Source of the DNA: an uncultured Candidatus Saccharibacteria bacterium
GTDB lineage: Bacteria > Patescibacteriota > Minisyncoccia > Phycocordibacterales > UBA1006
NCBI GenBank assembly: GCA_964507625.1
Contig: CAZDPR010000003.1
Location: forward strand, 15,101-79,100
Reading direction: 5' to 3'
DNA: 64,000 nucleotides
Position 1 is the stretch's first letter, and the number at the start of each line of letters is the position of its first letter. Under the pieces are notes generated by a model. That model saw only the letters and a list, made by a program, of their open reading frames with translations. It searched no databases and had not been told where the DNA came from. This document shows positions 46,134-56,468 of this stretch, one piece after another. The translations under genes and the position numbers were made by a program.

Positions 46134-46148
46134 ACAGGTTTTTATAAA

Positions 46149-46505
46149 TTAAACAAATTCAATAAGGGCCATAGGAGCTCCATCACTTGCTCGTGCTGGT
46201 GCTTTCAGGATACGGGTGTATCCTCCGTTTCGATCCGTAAATTTAGGAGCGATATCGCGAACAATTTTTTGTGCAACATCGATTTGTCCTCCCATATCAG
46301 CAGTGAGTGTTCGCAGTGCGATTATTTCATTAACTGATTTTGCACGAGTAATCATTTTTTCTACAAATGGTCGAAGCTCTTTTGCTCGTGCTTCTGTTGT
46401 CATTATGCGACCTTCGATCACGAGTGCTCGTGCGAGTGAGCGCATAAATGCAAGACGAATGTTTTTCTTTCGTCCAAATTTTCGGTTGTGATTATGGTGT
46501 CGCAT
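46149..46505 (-). CDS. rplQ: Ribosomal protein bL17
   Basis: MRHHNHNRKFGRKKNIRLAFMRSLARAL. Confidence 0.9.
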   Translation of the reverse strand: MRHHNHNRKFGRKKNIRLAFMRSLARALVIEGRIMTTEARAKELRPFVEKMITRAKSVNEIIALRTLTADMGGQIDVAQKIVRDIAPKFTDRNGGYTRILKAPARASDGAPMALIEFV

Positions 46506-46541
46506 AAAGGAAATATCAAATTCTAATAGTAATACTGATTA

Positions 46542-47528
46542 TTATTTTTTTAGTTCAAGTCCAAAATCAGCAAGGACTTCTTTGAGTTCAGAAAGAGCTT
46601 TTTCTCCGAAACCATCGAGATTTAAGAGATCTTTTTCTGTTTTTTGAATTAATCCACCTACAGTTCGAATTCCTGCTTCTGAAAGTGCATTAAGAGTTCG
46701 AGTAGAAAGTTGAATAGAATCAATTCTGGTTTTCAATACATCAGTGAGATCTACTGATTCATCATCTTCTGTATAATCTGATTCTGCTTTTGTGACAGAT
46801 TCAGAAACGGTAACTGATGGATCAGGGATTACAAATTCTTTGAGATCTAAAATTGATTTAAACTGTTCGAGCATAATACGAATTGCATCAGAGAGAATTT
46901 TACTTGGACTCTGAGAACCATCAGTATCTAATATTACTCGCAATCGATTATAATCTGTTCGATCTCCTACACGCATGTTTTCTACTTCATAGTGAGCACG
47001 AACGATTGGAGTAAATACTGCATCGGTAACGATTTCACCAACTTCTGTTTTTTCTTTCACTAAATTTTCTCGAGGTATTAACCCTAAACCTTTTGCTAAA
47101 GTAATACTGATTTCCAGTTTTCCTGATTTATCAGTAATTTCAGCAATTGATTGATCTGGGGTTAGAACTTCTGCAAGCCCGTTCGTATCAAATGATCCAG
47201 CAGTAACTACTCCTGGTTTTGATACTGATAAATGAATGGTTTGCGGTTCGTCACCTAATAAATGGAAACGAGCTCGTTTTAAATTAAGAATGATATTGAG
47301 TGCATCTTCTCGAATTCCTGGAATTGTTGCAAATTCATGCGCAGCTCCGTTAATTTTGAAAGAAATAATACCAGTTCCTGGAATAGATGAAAGGATAATT
47401 CTTCTTAAAGAATTTCCAAGTGTATGACCATAACCAGGAGCAAGTCCTTCGATTTCATACACTCCAGAAGTTTTATCTTCTGAGATAATTTTAAATTTTG
47501 AAGGGAGAACAATTGAAGTAGAATACAT
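46542..47528 (-). CDS. rpoA: DNA-directed RNA polymerase subunit alpha
   Basis: N-terminal dimerisation domain plus C-terminal alpha-CTD helix-hairpin-helix. Confidence 0.9.
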   Translation of the reverse strand: MYSTSIVLPSKFKIISEDKTSGVYEIEGLAPGYGHTLGNSLRRIILSSIPGTGIISFKINGAAHEFATIPGIREDALNIILNLKRARFHLLGDEPQTIHLSVSKPGVVTAGSFDTNGLAEVLTPDQSIAEITDKSGKLEISITLAKGLGLIPRENLVKEKTEVGEIVTDAVFTPIVRAHYEVENMRVGDRTDYNRLRVILDTDGSQSPSKILSDAIRIMLEQFKSILDLKEFVIPDPSVTVSESVTKAESDYTEDDESVDLTDVLKTRIDSIQLSTRTLNALSEAGIRTVGGLIQKTEKDLLNLDGFGEKALSELKEVLADFGLELKK

Positions 47529-47628
47529 AATGCGTAATGTGTGTTTCGTACGAAACTTATTTTAGCATGCTAATGAAAACTTAATGAAACAAGGTTCTAG
47601 AATTTGTTTGATTAAGTGCGTCAATTGA

Positions 47629-48228
47629 TTATCGACTATAAAACTCGATAACTGACTGACAGTTAAGAAACGGATCTGTTTCTTTTGGTAGTTCGATAAC
47701 CGTCGCTGATGAAAAATCCGGAGACCATTTCAACCAATCAACAGTTTTAAAACTTTTTAGTTTTGTTGCAATATCTGCAAACAAAACTCGATTCTTACTT
47801 CCTTCACGAATGGCGATAGAATCACCTTTTTCTACACGGTATGAAGGGACCGTGAGTCGTTTTCCATTAACCGTAATATGTCCATGAGAAACGATCTGTC
47901 GAGCGAGTGCTCGTGATGATGCAAGTCCAAGTCGATAAATAACGTTATCGAGTCGTTGTTCAAGGAGTTGTGCGAGTAAATCAGCAGGTTTCATATGTTT
48001 TCCTGAACTATGCATTGCAAGATTGATATAATTACTGAATTGTTTTTCTCGAACTCCGTAAGTGAATCGAATTTTTTGTTTTTCGATGAACTGTACACCG
48101 TAATCTGAACGTCGAGTCATTTTTTTAGCAGGAGCTTTTTGCCGAGCTAAAAACTTTTGTGTTTGACATTTTTCAAACATTCCAGCACCTAAACGACGAC
48201 AGATTTTATATTTTTTAGTAGTAGGCAT
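47629..48228 (-). CDS. rpsD: Ribosomal protein uS4
   Basis: MPTTKKYKICRRLG; S4 RNA-binding domain. Confidence 0.9.
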   Translation of the reverse strand: MPTTKKYKICRRLGAGMFEKCQTQKFLARQKAPAKKMTRRSDYGVQFIEKQKIRFTYGVREKQFSNYINLAMHSSGKHMKPADLLAQLLEQRLDNVIYRLGLASSRALARQIVSHGHITVNGKRLTVPSYRVEKGDSIAIREGSKNRVLFADIATKLKSFKTVDWLKWSPDFSSATVIELPKETDPFLNCQSVIEFYSR

Positions 48229-48252
48229 AATATACAAATAAATTAAAAAATA

Positions 48253-48687
48253 TTAAACGCGCCGTGCTTTTTTAGGACGGGGACCATTAAATGGAACAGG
48301 AGTTTTATCCTTAATAGAAAGAATGTCAATTCCTCGTGCAATGAATGATCGGATTGCTGATTCACGACCTGAACCAACCCCTTTTACAACAATATCAACT
48401 TCTTTGAGTCCGATCATTTGTGCTTTTTCTGCAAGGATTTCACCAATTTTTGCAGCTGCAAATGGTGTACCCTTTTTAGCACCTTTAAACCCGAGCGCTC
48501 CAGACGAAGAAGACATAATCACATTACCTTCTTTATCAGTAAGTACTACTTTTGTGTTATTGTAGGTAGCCTGTACATGGAGTACTCCGTGTACAAGTTT
48601 TTTTCGAGGAACACGAGCCAATGCTCGATCTTTCAAGCTCTTGTTAACTCGTTGTCCTTCTTGTTTTACGATACGTTTTTTACCCAT
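48253..48687 (-). CDS. rpsK: Ribosomal protein uS11
   Basis: Typical S11 core. Confidence 0.9.
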   Translation of the reverse strand: MGKKRIVKQEGQRVNKSLKDRALARVPRKKLVHGVLHVQATYNNTKVVLTDKEGNVIMSSSSGALGFKGAKKGTPFAAAKIGEILAEKAQMIGLKEVDIVVKGVGSGRESAIRSFIARGIDILSIKDKTPVPFNGPRPKKARRV

Positions 48688-48794
48688 AGAGATAGATTAA
48701 TAAGTGTTAAGTAATAAAGTGGAAAAGTAATACAGTGTGAAATTTTCAAGTTGAGAAACAACTTTTACAACTTTACTACTTGAATTACTGATGA

Positions 48795-49175
48795 TTATGT
48801 TTTTGACTCTTTACGTCGACCAGATGCCATAGTGGTTCGTTTGTTACCACGAACCGTTCGCGAATTTGTTTTTGTTCGTTGACCACGCGTAGGTAATCCT
48901 GCTGCATGCCGAGATCCGCGATACGAACGAATATCTTTCAATCGTTTAATGTTTTGACTCACCTCTCGTTTAAGATTACCTTCGAGTTTGAATCCTTCTG
49001 CAATTGTACGAATTGCATTTTCTTCGTCAGTAGTTAAATCTTTGATCTTTTTAAGAGGATCAATGTTTACTTGCTTGAGGATACTTTTTGCTCGAGACAA
49101 TCCAATACCATAGATTGCAGTGAGACCATATTGTGCCTGTTTATTATCAGGAAGTGTAATACCAAGAATACGCAT
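48795..49175 (-). CDS. rpsM: Ribosomal protein uS13
   Basis: MRILGITLPDNKQAQYGLTAIYGIG. Confidence 0.9.
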   Translation of the reverse strand: MRILGITLPDNKQAQYGLTAIYGIGLSRAKSILKQVNIDPLKKIKDLTTDEENAIRTIAEGFKLEGNLKREVSQNIKRLKDIRSYRGSRHAAGLPTRGQRTKTNSRTVRGNKRTTMASGRRKESKT

Positions 49176-49199
49176 ATGAGAGTGATAAAATAAAATTAA

Positions 49200-49313
49200 T
49201 TATTGACGCGCTTTGTGGCGTGGATTTTTTTTGTTAATACGGTACAAACGACCTTTTCGACGCACAATAATATCGTCTGCACTAATTTTTTTAATCGAAG
49301 ATTGCACCTTCAT
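49200..49313 (-). CDS. rpmJ: Ribosomal protein bL36, Cys-less variant (37 aa; not in supplied ORF track)
   Basis: Translates to [37 protein letters not shown], with the L36 fold signature RRKGR.Y.I. The zinc-ligand cysteines are replaced. It sits between rpsM and infA as expected. Confidence 0.7.
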   Translation of the reverse strand: MKVQSSIKKISADDIIVRRKGRLYRINKKNPRHKARQ

Positions 49314-49412
49314 ACAGTTAATTACCAGTTACTAAACAAGTAAACTGAAGATAAAGCTAATAAATAAAAGAAGTAATTCGCAATTAATTTGCCAAATATT
49401 ATTCTAGCATAA

Positions 49413-49628
49413 CTAAACACGTTTGACAATACGTCCCTTCCCTCCGTAAGGATCGAGGAGTACTTGTACAGTATCTCCGACCAAAACCTTAATTCGATGA
49501 AGTTTCATTTTCCCAGAAAGATACGCAATCATGAGCTCATTACCGTCTTTTGGTTGTACACGAAACATTGCATTGGGTAATGCTTCGACAACACTCGCAG
49601 TAATAATAGTTTCTTCATTGGTACTCAT
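49413..49628 (-). CDS. infA: Translation initiation factor IF-1
   Basis: S1-like OB fold. Upstream promoter TTGACA-16-TATGCT at about 49650-49677 (minus strand). Confidence 0.9.
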   Translation of the reverse strand: MSTNEETIITASVVEALPNAMFRVQPKDGNELMIAYLSGKMKLHRIKVLVGDTVQVLLDPYGGKGRIVKRV

Positions 49629-49679
49629 GAGGATATGACCAGCATAGCAAAATTTTTTAAATTGTCAAGAAAAACAACA

Positions 49680-50993
49680 TTATTTTGCAAAATGACGAAC
49701 TTCAATAGTAAATCGACTTTGTTTTTCAGGAACAGTGAATAACCATGGTGGTGTCACCTTGGTAGAAATATCAATAATTCCTGGTAATGTTCGTGTTTGT
49801 TTTACAATTTCTTTTACTTTTTCACCTGCAAATTGCTGTTGGAGCGAATCCTTTGCGACAGTGTACTGAGTAACTAATTGCCCTTTTATCAGTAAGGAAA
49901 AATCAGGTGTGCCAGGAGTACCTGAAAGAGCAAATGTTAGTTTTGTTTTTTCATAATTATTTTCCAGATTTTCTTGATCGCCAATAAAACGATTGGTTAA
50001 TTGATCGAATATATCTTGTTTTTTGAGCAAAACACCTTGAATAGTTCTTTTTCCAATAAAATGAATTCTTCCTTCTTTTATGTGTTCAGTAATTTCAATA
50101 GGTCCCACAGTAATTAAGTCTTCTGGTAAAATAAACTCAGACGGTGTTTGATTGATTAAATATTTTTGTGGATTACTCGCATCAAACTTTGACTGAATAA
50201 TCGTCCGTGCTAATAATCGTTCTGGCTCAGTAATCACCTGACGAGTTCCAATAAATCCTCCCTGAATTTCTCGAACCGTTCGGGCTGTCAATAATGGATA
50301 TGCAGGGAAAGTAAAGTCATCAAAACCAATATTTGACTCATCTCCTGGATTTTCTGCAACAATAACAACATCGCTACTGGCAGGTGTTTTAGTTGTTCCT
50401 GCGGGTATTCTTTTTTCTTGCTCAATAATAAATCGGGTTCCGTTAGTACTCACTACCACCGTTTGACGCGGTAATAATACCGACTGTGTTCCTGTATTAA
50501 TAATTTTAATAGTACCGGTAGCTTTTTCAGAAACAGATTCCTGAATTTCTGTAACCGGACTATGTTGGTATTCTTCAATAACCGTTGCGGTGTTATATCC
50601 CAATTGACCCCCTAACGGTTCTTCTGCAAGAGGAATTGTTTCTTCAATTTCTTGTGTTGATTCTGATAATGTAATTACCGTATGCACTTTCCCCACCGCA
50701 CTGGATAGTGTGAAAAATAATACCACTATCAATAATCCGACAACATACCATAAAAACCCTCCTCGAGTAGGTGTTTTTGATATTTCTGAACGATGATAAT
50801 TCGGCTGGTATTCTAATGTTTGTAAAATATGTTCCTGACGTTTTGTAATAACTGGTGATGAACTTTGTTTAATTGTATCATTTTTTTTAGAAGCAACAGA
50901 AATATCCTGTTTTTTTATAACAGGCTGACTTATTTTTTTCTTTACGACAATATCTTGTCCCACTTTACGTTTTCGTTGTTCCATATATGTCAA
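49680..50993 (-). CDS. Hypothetical bitopic membrane protein with large extracytoplasmic domain (437 aa)
   Basis: Basic N-terminus, one TM helix (GFLWYVVGLLIVVLFFTL), about 330-aa C-terminal domain. Confidence 0.45.
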   Translation of the reverse strand: MTYMEQRKRKVGQDIVVKKKISQPVIKKQDISVASKKNDTIKQSSSPVITKRQEHILQTLEYQPNYHRSEISKTPTRGGFLWYVVGLLIVVLFFTLSSAVGKVHTVITLSESTQEIEETIPLAEEPLGGQLGYNTATVIEEYQHSPVTEIQESVSEKATGTIKIINTGTQSVLLPRQTVVVSTNGTRFIIEQEKRIPAGTTKTPASSDVVIVAENPGDESNIGFDDFTFPAYPLLTARTVREIQGGFIGTRQVITEPERLLARTIIQSKFDASNPQKYLINQTPSEFILPEDLITVGPIEITEHIKEGRIHFIGKRTIQGVLLKKQDIFDQLTNRFIGDQENLENNYEKTKLTFALSGTPGTPDFSLLIKGQLVTQYTVAKDSLQQQFAGEKVKEIVKQTRTLPGIIDISTKVTPPWLFTVPEKQSRFTIEVRHFAK

Positions 50994-51022
50994 AATAGAT
51001 ACTCATTATTTTCACTTTCTAT

Positions 51023-52189
51023 CTACTGAAAATTTTTAATAATAATTAAATCTATATCAGTAATTGATTCTCGATAATGATCAAAAATTGGATCAGTTGC
51101 TAAAAATTGCTCACTGTGCACGAATATCGTTTTTGGCGAACCAAAAATTAGTGCAAATGATTCCTTGTCCTGCCAGAGAGTATATACCATTTTAAAAAAT
51201 AAATTACGTTTGTTATCCCCAATCCAGATCGCCTGTTCTGCAGATAACCCTTCCTCTACCCATTGTTTACAAAATTTTTGTAACTGATATTCCCACTCCT
51301 GGTACACATCCATAAAAGATTTCTGAATTTTCTTTTCAATCCGATCATCAATGATTTTTTGTTGTACTAATGTAAGTAAACCTTGAATTTCATTTCTTGA
51401 AATATTGAGCGTTGTTTTAATCGCGTGTTCTAATTGGTAAAGTCCTATAGGAAATGTACCTACTGCACGAACGCCTTGTACATCAACCCAAAATAATTGA
51501 GTAAGTAGTCCCGATGGATACAATACTAAACTTGGGCTCGTAATAATACTAGTTAAATAACGAGCCGTAATTGATTGTATCGTATGATATGAAATATGAA
51601 GCATTTTTACTCGTAAATATTCATGAATCATTTTACCAACATAGGCAACAATTGCGGTATCAAAAAAACCGCTCATAATATCTAATCCAACTTCCTTGGT
51701 TTTTTTACCTTGCCAGTCAGTAACTGGGTGACCAGACAAAAATACTCCAATTATTTCAGGTGTTACAGTAGGGGTATGTAGTTTAGAATTAAAACCATAC
51801 TGATCAAGTCGAGTTGTAGTAATATCTTTCTGAAGTAACTCTTTCACCATACTGCGCGTTACGGTAAATGGTGTTTTTCGTTTATGAATAAGTCGTTTTA
51901 AAAATGAATGCGCCCATGGTTCTCCAATGATCACCTGCGCAGATTGTGGGTAGAGATTTTTTGTGATCAAAAGATTAATGAGAGATCGTGTAGTTCTGTG
52001 GAGTGCATCTACTAATTGTGTTTCCATTGGTCGCTCATCGTAACGAAACAATTCATATACTAATGATTGGTAAAAAATAATTACCCCAAAAGAATTTACG
52101 AGAGTTACCGAAGCACCTTCGCTATCAAACCTCCAATAAGAGGAAATTTTTTTATCATTTTTTTCTGTATTCGAAAAAAGAGAGAACAT
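51023..52189 (-). CDS. Hypothetical protein with weak ASKHA (actin/Ppx-GppA-like) phosphate-motif resemblance
   Basis: FDSEGASVTLV resembles the phosphate-1 motif D.G..S; VGLDIMSGFFDTAIV resembles the phosphate-2 motif DIGGG.TD. Weak. Confidence 0.3.
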   Translation of the reverse strand: MFSLFSNTEKNDKKISSYWRFDSEGASVTLVNSFGVIIFYQSLVYELFRYDERPMETQLVDALHRTTRSLINLLITKNLYPQSAQVIIGEPWAHSFLKRLIHKRKTPFTVTRSMVKELLQKDITTTRLDQYGFNSKLHTPTVTPEIIGVFLSGHPVTDWQGKKTKEVGLDIMSGFFDTAIVAYVGKMIHEYLRVKMLHISYHTIQSITARYLTSIITSPSLVLYPSGLLTQLFWVDVQGVRAVGTFPIGLYQLEHAIKTTLNISRNEIQGLLTLVQQKIIDDRIEKKIQKSFMDVYQEWEYQLQKFCKQWVEEGLSAEQAIWIGDNKRNLFFKMVYTLWQDKESFALIFGSPKTIFVHSEQFLATDPIFDHYRESITDIDLIIIKNFQ

Positions 52190-52261
52190 AGTATCTATAG
52201 TATACTATATGAAGGTAATTTTATGCAAAAATAAAAAGAGGATAACTTCCTCTTTTTATTT

Positions 52262-54019
52262 TTATTCAATTACCGCTTTGATACGTCGCACTCCTGCACT
52301 ACTCGCTTCTTCTTTTTGAATTTTGAAACTTCCAATGAGTCCTGTGTGTTCGATATGAGGACCACCACAGAATTCTTTTGAGATTGCAGAATCCAAATCC
52401 TGTCCGATGTAATACACGGAAACCATATCAGGATATTTTACTCCGAATTCCATTTCTGCACCGATTTGTTCTGCTTGTTCTCGTGGCATTTCTACGCGTT
52501 GCATTGGTAGATCTTGTGCAATCCATTCGTTTACCAACTTTTCAACTTCAGCTTTTTGTTGATCAGTCATTTTTACATCATGACTAAAATCAATACGGAT
52601 ACGCTCATCGGTAATATTACTCCCCCGCTGGTGCACATGATTACCGAGAACTTGTCGGAGCGCTGCGAGTAATAAATGATGTGCAGTATGAGAACGAATA
52701 ATTTTGTCAGACGTACCACCTAATCCTCCTTTGAATTTTTGTTCTGCACCTGATCGAGATAATTCCTGATGAACTTTCATTTCTGCATCAAACTTTGCAC
52801 GATCAATAGTAATCCCCTTTTCAGCTGCGAGTTCCTCGGTTAGCTCGATCGGAAATCCATAGGTTGTTGCGAGAATAAATGGATCGGTTCCCTTTTCAAA
52901 TTCTTTGAGTCCAGAATCAAGTGTTTTGTAAAATTTTCTTTCTTCTTCAGAAAAAACATTTCCTATTTCAACTAAAACACTTTCACCTTGTAATTCTGTA
53001 TAAATATTTTTATAAATTTCAACTACCGCTGAAACTATTGGAAATAAATTGAAAGAACCTTTAGTTAAATTATACCCTCTCAAAATTGCACGACGCATCA
53101 ACCTTCTCAAAATATATCCTTGGTCTTTATTGTTTGGGCGAACTCCATCTAAAATCATGAATACAGACGTTCGAACATGATCTGCGATAATCCGCCTTGT
53201 TTTAATATCAATATTACTTGAAAAATTATCAATTCTTTCATTTATTAGCAAAAAAATATCTGTATCATACGCTGTAACTTTACCTTGCATTACTGCAGTT
53301 AATCGTTCTAATCCTGCGCCAGTATCCACATTTTTCTGCGATAATTTGCCAATGACTTTCCCATCTTTTTTCTCGTATTCCATGAATACATCGTTCCAAA
53401 TTTCAATGAATTTTTCTTGGTTAATAAGATTAAGAAAATTATCATGAGCAATTTGTTGCCCCACGTATTCTCCTCGCATGTCATAAAACATTTCACTACA
53501 TGGACCACAGGGACCATTATCACCTGGACTCCACCAGTTATCGTCTGCCGGTAGTGCATAGATACGATGTTCTGGAATTCCAAGTTTCATCCAAATGTCT
53601 TTTGATTCTTGATCATATGGCGCGTTTTCATCTCCTGCAAAAATAGTCACCGCGAGCCGTGCAGGATCAAGTCCGAGACCTTCATCTTTACTCGTTAGAA
53701 ATTCATAGCTCCATTTGATTGCATCATCTTTGAAATAGTCACCCAATGACCAATTCCCTAACATTTCAAAAAATGAAAAATGTCGATTGTCACCAATATC
53801 ATCCAAATCCCCTGTTCGTACACATTTTTGACATGATGCAAGACGTTTTCCCAGTGGGTGCGACTGTCCCATGAGATACGGTACGAGCGGTTGCATTCCC
53901 GCCGTATTAAATAATACCGACGGATCATTTTCTGGAACTAGTGACGCAGACGGTAAAATCGCGTGACCGCGTTGTTTAAAGAATTCCAAGAATCGAGATC
54001 GAATTTCTGATGATTGCAT
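52262..54019 (-). CDS. alaS: Alanyl-tRNA synthetase (catalytic + editing domains; no C-Ala domain)
   Basis: N-terminus MQSSEIRSRFLEFFKQRGH; editing-domain HTAHHLL and CGGPH motifs; 585 aa. Confidence 0.85.
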   Translation of the reverse strand: MQSSEIRSRFLEFFKQRGHAILPSASLVPENDPSVLFNTAGMQPLVPYLMGQSHPLGKRLASCQKCVRTGDLDDIGDNRHFSFFEMLGNWSLGDYFKDDAIKWSYEFLTSKDEGLGLDPARLAVTIFAGDENAPYDQESKDIWMKLGIPEHRIYALPADDNWWSPGDNGPCGPCSEMFYDMRGEYVGQQIAHDNFLNLINQEKFIEIWNDVFMEYEKKDGKVIGKLSQKNVDTGAGLERLTAVMQGKVTAYDTDIFLLINERIDNFSSNIDIKTRRIIADHVRTSVFMILDGVRPNNKDQGYILRRLMRRAILRGYNLTKGSFNLFPIVSAVVEIYKNIYTELQGESVLVEIGNVFSEEERKFYKTLDSGLKEFEKGTDPFILATTYGFPIELTEELAAEKGITIDRAKFDAEMKVHQELSRSGAEQKFKGGLGGTSDKIIRSHTAHHLLLAALRQVLGNHVHQRGSNITDERIRIDFSHDVKMTDQQKAEVEKLVNEWIAQDLPMQRVEMPREQAEQIGAEMEFGVKYPDMVSVYYIGQDLDSAISKEFCGGPHIEHTGLIGSFKIQKEEASSAGVRRIKAVIE

Positions 54020-54072
54020 AATAACCCTACCCTATCATATTTTAAGAAACAAAAAAAGCACCAAAATGCTTT

Positions 54073-55866
54073 TTATATCAATCCCATTTTCTTGCAATCT
54101 TTTTCTAATTGTTTCAATTCCTTTTCCAATGACTGCAATCCTGTTTCCCAGAATTTTGAATCAGTGGTATCAATACCAATTTTTTTGAAAATATTTGCTG
54201 GGGTGTCAGATCCACCTGCAGATAAAAATTGATTAATTTTTTCAATAAAACTTTTGTCTTGCTGATATTTTTGGTACATTGCCGTACTAATTAATTGCCC
54301 ATACGCATAACTGTATACATAGAAAAATCGTCGCATGTGGGAATGCATAATCCAACCCAACCCATCCTGTTCTGTGAGTGTTACCGATTTACCCATATAT
54401 CGTTTTAAATATTTTACACGGATTTTTGAAATTTCATCAGCTGACAACATTCCATTTGTATACACTCCGTCATACATTTCTTGTTCAAATTGAAAATGGT
54501 TAATCTGTCGATGAATGGTCATGAATGCTTCCTGTAGATAATTAAATCGTTCGAACAACTGATCTTTCGCTGTCAACGTTGCGTACAATTCATCACGTAC
54601 AAAATTTTCAAATAACGTACTCGCTACTTCTGCGGTTGAAATTGGATGATCATGGTAGAGTACCCCTTGGTGTTTATTAGAATATTCTGCATGAATTGCA
54701 TGCCCCATTTCATGGGCCAGTGTCCGGACTGCATCAAATGTTTCATTCCAATTCAGTAGGATATAGGTCGGTCGCCCGTAATCACCCCAACAATACCCAC
54801 CACCTCTTTTTCCAGATCGAGAATATACATCAATCTGACCATTAATAAGAAAGGAATCAAAAATTGCACGGTATTCTGGGGAAACTTTTTCAAATGCACT
54901 CCGTACGATCTGCACCGCATCATCAAATGAGTATTTTTTATTCGTTGCATGCAAACTGATCGCCATATCATACGAACCTAATGTTTCTACCTGCATGAGT
55001 TTCTTTTTTAAGGTAAACAACTGATTAGTTAATGATTCATATTTTTTAACCGCATTCATTAAAGCAGTAAGTTCTGTAGGCGTATTTTGATAATCTAACA
55101 GAGTAGCTTCAAAAGGTTTTGTAAATCCTCGTAATGTGTCATCAATTTTTTTATTATTAATAACCGCATTCATTTCTGCTTCTGCAATTAATTGTATTGT
55201 TGCTAATTGTTCATATACCAAATCATGTAATTTTTTACGATCTGATTGTTTGTGAAGTGTAGCAATCATTCCAGACGCTTTAGTAATTGGCAATATTTCC
55301 CCCTTCCATTGTACGGTTAGTTTCCCAATTGCTTTTTCTGTCATGTCTGTCCAAAATTCATATGCAGGATTCCGCTTTAAGGAAAGTATTTTTTCTTCTG
55401 ATTCTGATAACTGATGTTTTGCAGCTATAAACAACCGCTCCAACATATATCGATATTTCGCAAAGCGACCATCTTTTACTACTTGCTCTTGAATTTCTTT
55501 TGGTAGTTTTCCTATTGCAAGTGAGTAAAAAATTGTTTCATTAAAAGCATGATTCAGTCGTTCCTGAGTTTTAGTAATCAATCCTGCCAGTTTTTGATTT
55601 CCACTGTCAACTTCTCGTGCTAATGCATAAAATACAAACGGATGTGCAGTAGAAATAGTTTCTTCAAATTGTTCATACTCACGGAGTGATACAAGTAGTT
55701 TTTCACTATTAGTAAAATCGGCACCTTTCCATTTTTTAGCAAATTTTTGACATTCCGATTCTACTAACTGAATATCTTGTTCAATTTTTGGGTCTTTTAC
55801 ATTTTTATACAACAATCCCAAATTCCATTCTGTTTTGTATTCTTTATTTTTTACTGGTTTTTTCAT
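54073..55866 (-). CDS. pepF: Oligoendopeptidase F (M3B metallopeptidase)
   Basis: HEMGH zinc motif. Confidence 0.85.
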   Translation of the reverse strand: MKKPVKNKEYKTEWNLGLLYKNVKDPKIEQDIQLVESECQKFAKKWKGADFTNSEKLLVSLREYEQFEETISTAHPFVFYALAREVDSGNQKLAGLITKTQERLNHAFNETIFYSLAIGKLPKEIQEQVVKDGRFAKYRYMLERLFIAAKHQLSESEEKILSLKRNPAYEFWTDMTEKAIGKLTVQWKGEILPITKASGMIATLHKQSDRKKLHDLVYEQLATIQLIAEAEMNAVINNKKIDDTLRGFTKPFEATLLDYQNTPTELTALMNAVKKYESLTNQLFTLKKKLMQVETLGSYDMAISLHATNKKYSFDDAVQIVRSAFEKVSPEYRAIFDSFLINGQIDVYSRSGKRGGGYCWGDYGRPTYILLNWNETFDAVRTLAHEMGHAIHAEYSNKHQGVLYHDHPISTAEVASTLFENFVRDELYATLTAKDQLFERFNYLQEAFMTIHRQINHFQFEQEMYDGVYTNGMLSADEISKIRVKYLKRYMGKSVTLTEQDGLGWIMHSHMRRFFYVYSYAYGQLISTAMYQKYQQDKSFIEKINQFLSAGGSDTPANIFKKIGIDTTDSKFWETGLQSLEKELKQLEKDCKKMGLI

Positions 55867-55923
55867 ATACTCGATACTCTAGCATAAAAGTCTGTAAATT
55901 AAAAAACCAACGACACTGGTTTT

Positions 55924-56424
55924 TTAATTTCGGTCTTTTAATTCTTTTTCAAAACTTGGATCAGGAAATATTCGTAATCGAATTTTTCTTTCAATAAATG
56001 ATAGTGCGCCTAAAACAAAGAAAGTAAGGAGCGTTGCGAAAATTGCTTCTTTATATAAACCAAATCCTACCGCCATACCAATCGCTGCGCAGGTCCACAA
56101 CCCACTGGCAGTGGTCAAATTTTGTACTTTGTCATCTTTAAAGAAAATAAGTCCTGCCCCTAAAAATCCAATCCCTACAACTACCTGAGCCGCAACACGC
56201 AACGGATCAGTAATAAATTCACCACTTGCAAGAATATATGTATGGGTAACAATTTCGCTAATTGCAATGAATAAAGCAGAGGTCATGCTCACTAATGCAT
56301 AGGTACGCATCCCTGCAGTTTTATGAACAAGAATTCTTTCAAATCCAAGAAGTAATCCAAGTGTCATTGCAAGGGTTAATTTTAGAGCAATGGTAATAAA
56401 TTGGTAATCAAAAATTGTTTCCAT
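55924..56424 (-). CDS. mgtC: MgtC/SapB-family membrane protein
   Basis: ALKLTLAMTLGLLLGFER. Confidence 0.75.
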   Translation of the reverse strand: METIFDYQFITIALKLTLAMTLGLLLGFERILVHKTAGMRTYALVSMTSALFIAISEIVTHTYILASGEFITDPLRVAAQVVVGIGFLGAGLIFFKDDKVQNLTTASGLWTCAAIGMAVGFGLYKEAIFATLLTFFVLGALSFIERKIRLRIFPDPSFEKELKDRN

Positions 56425-56468
56425 AATAAATTCATTATACTATAGCAAAATAAAACAACAAGTATTAA

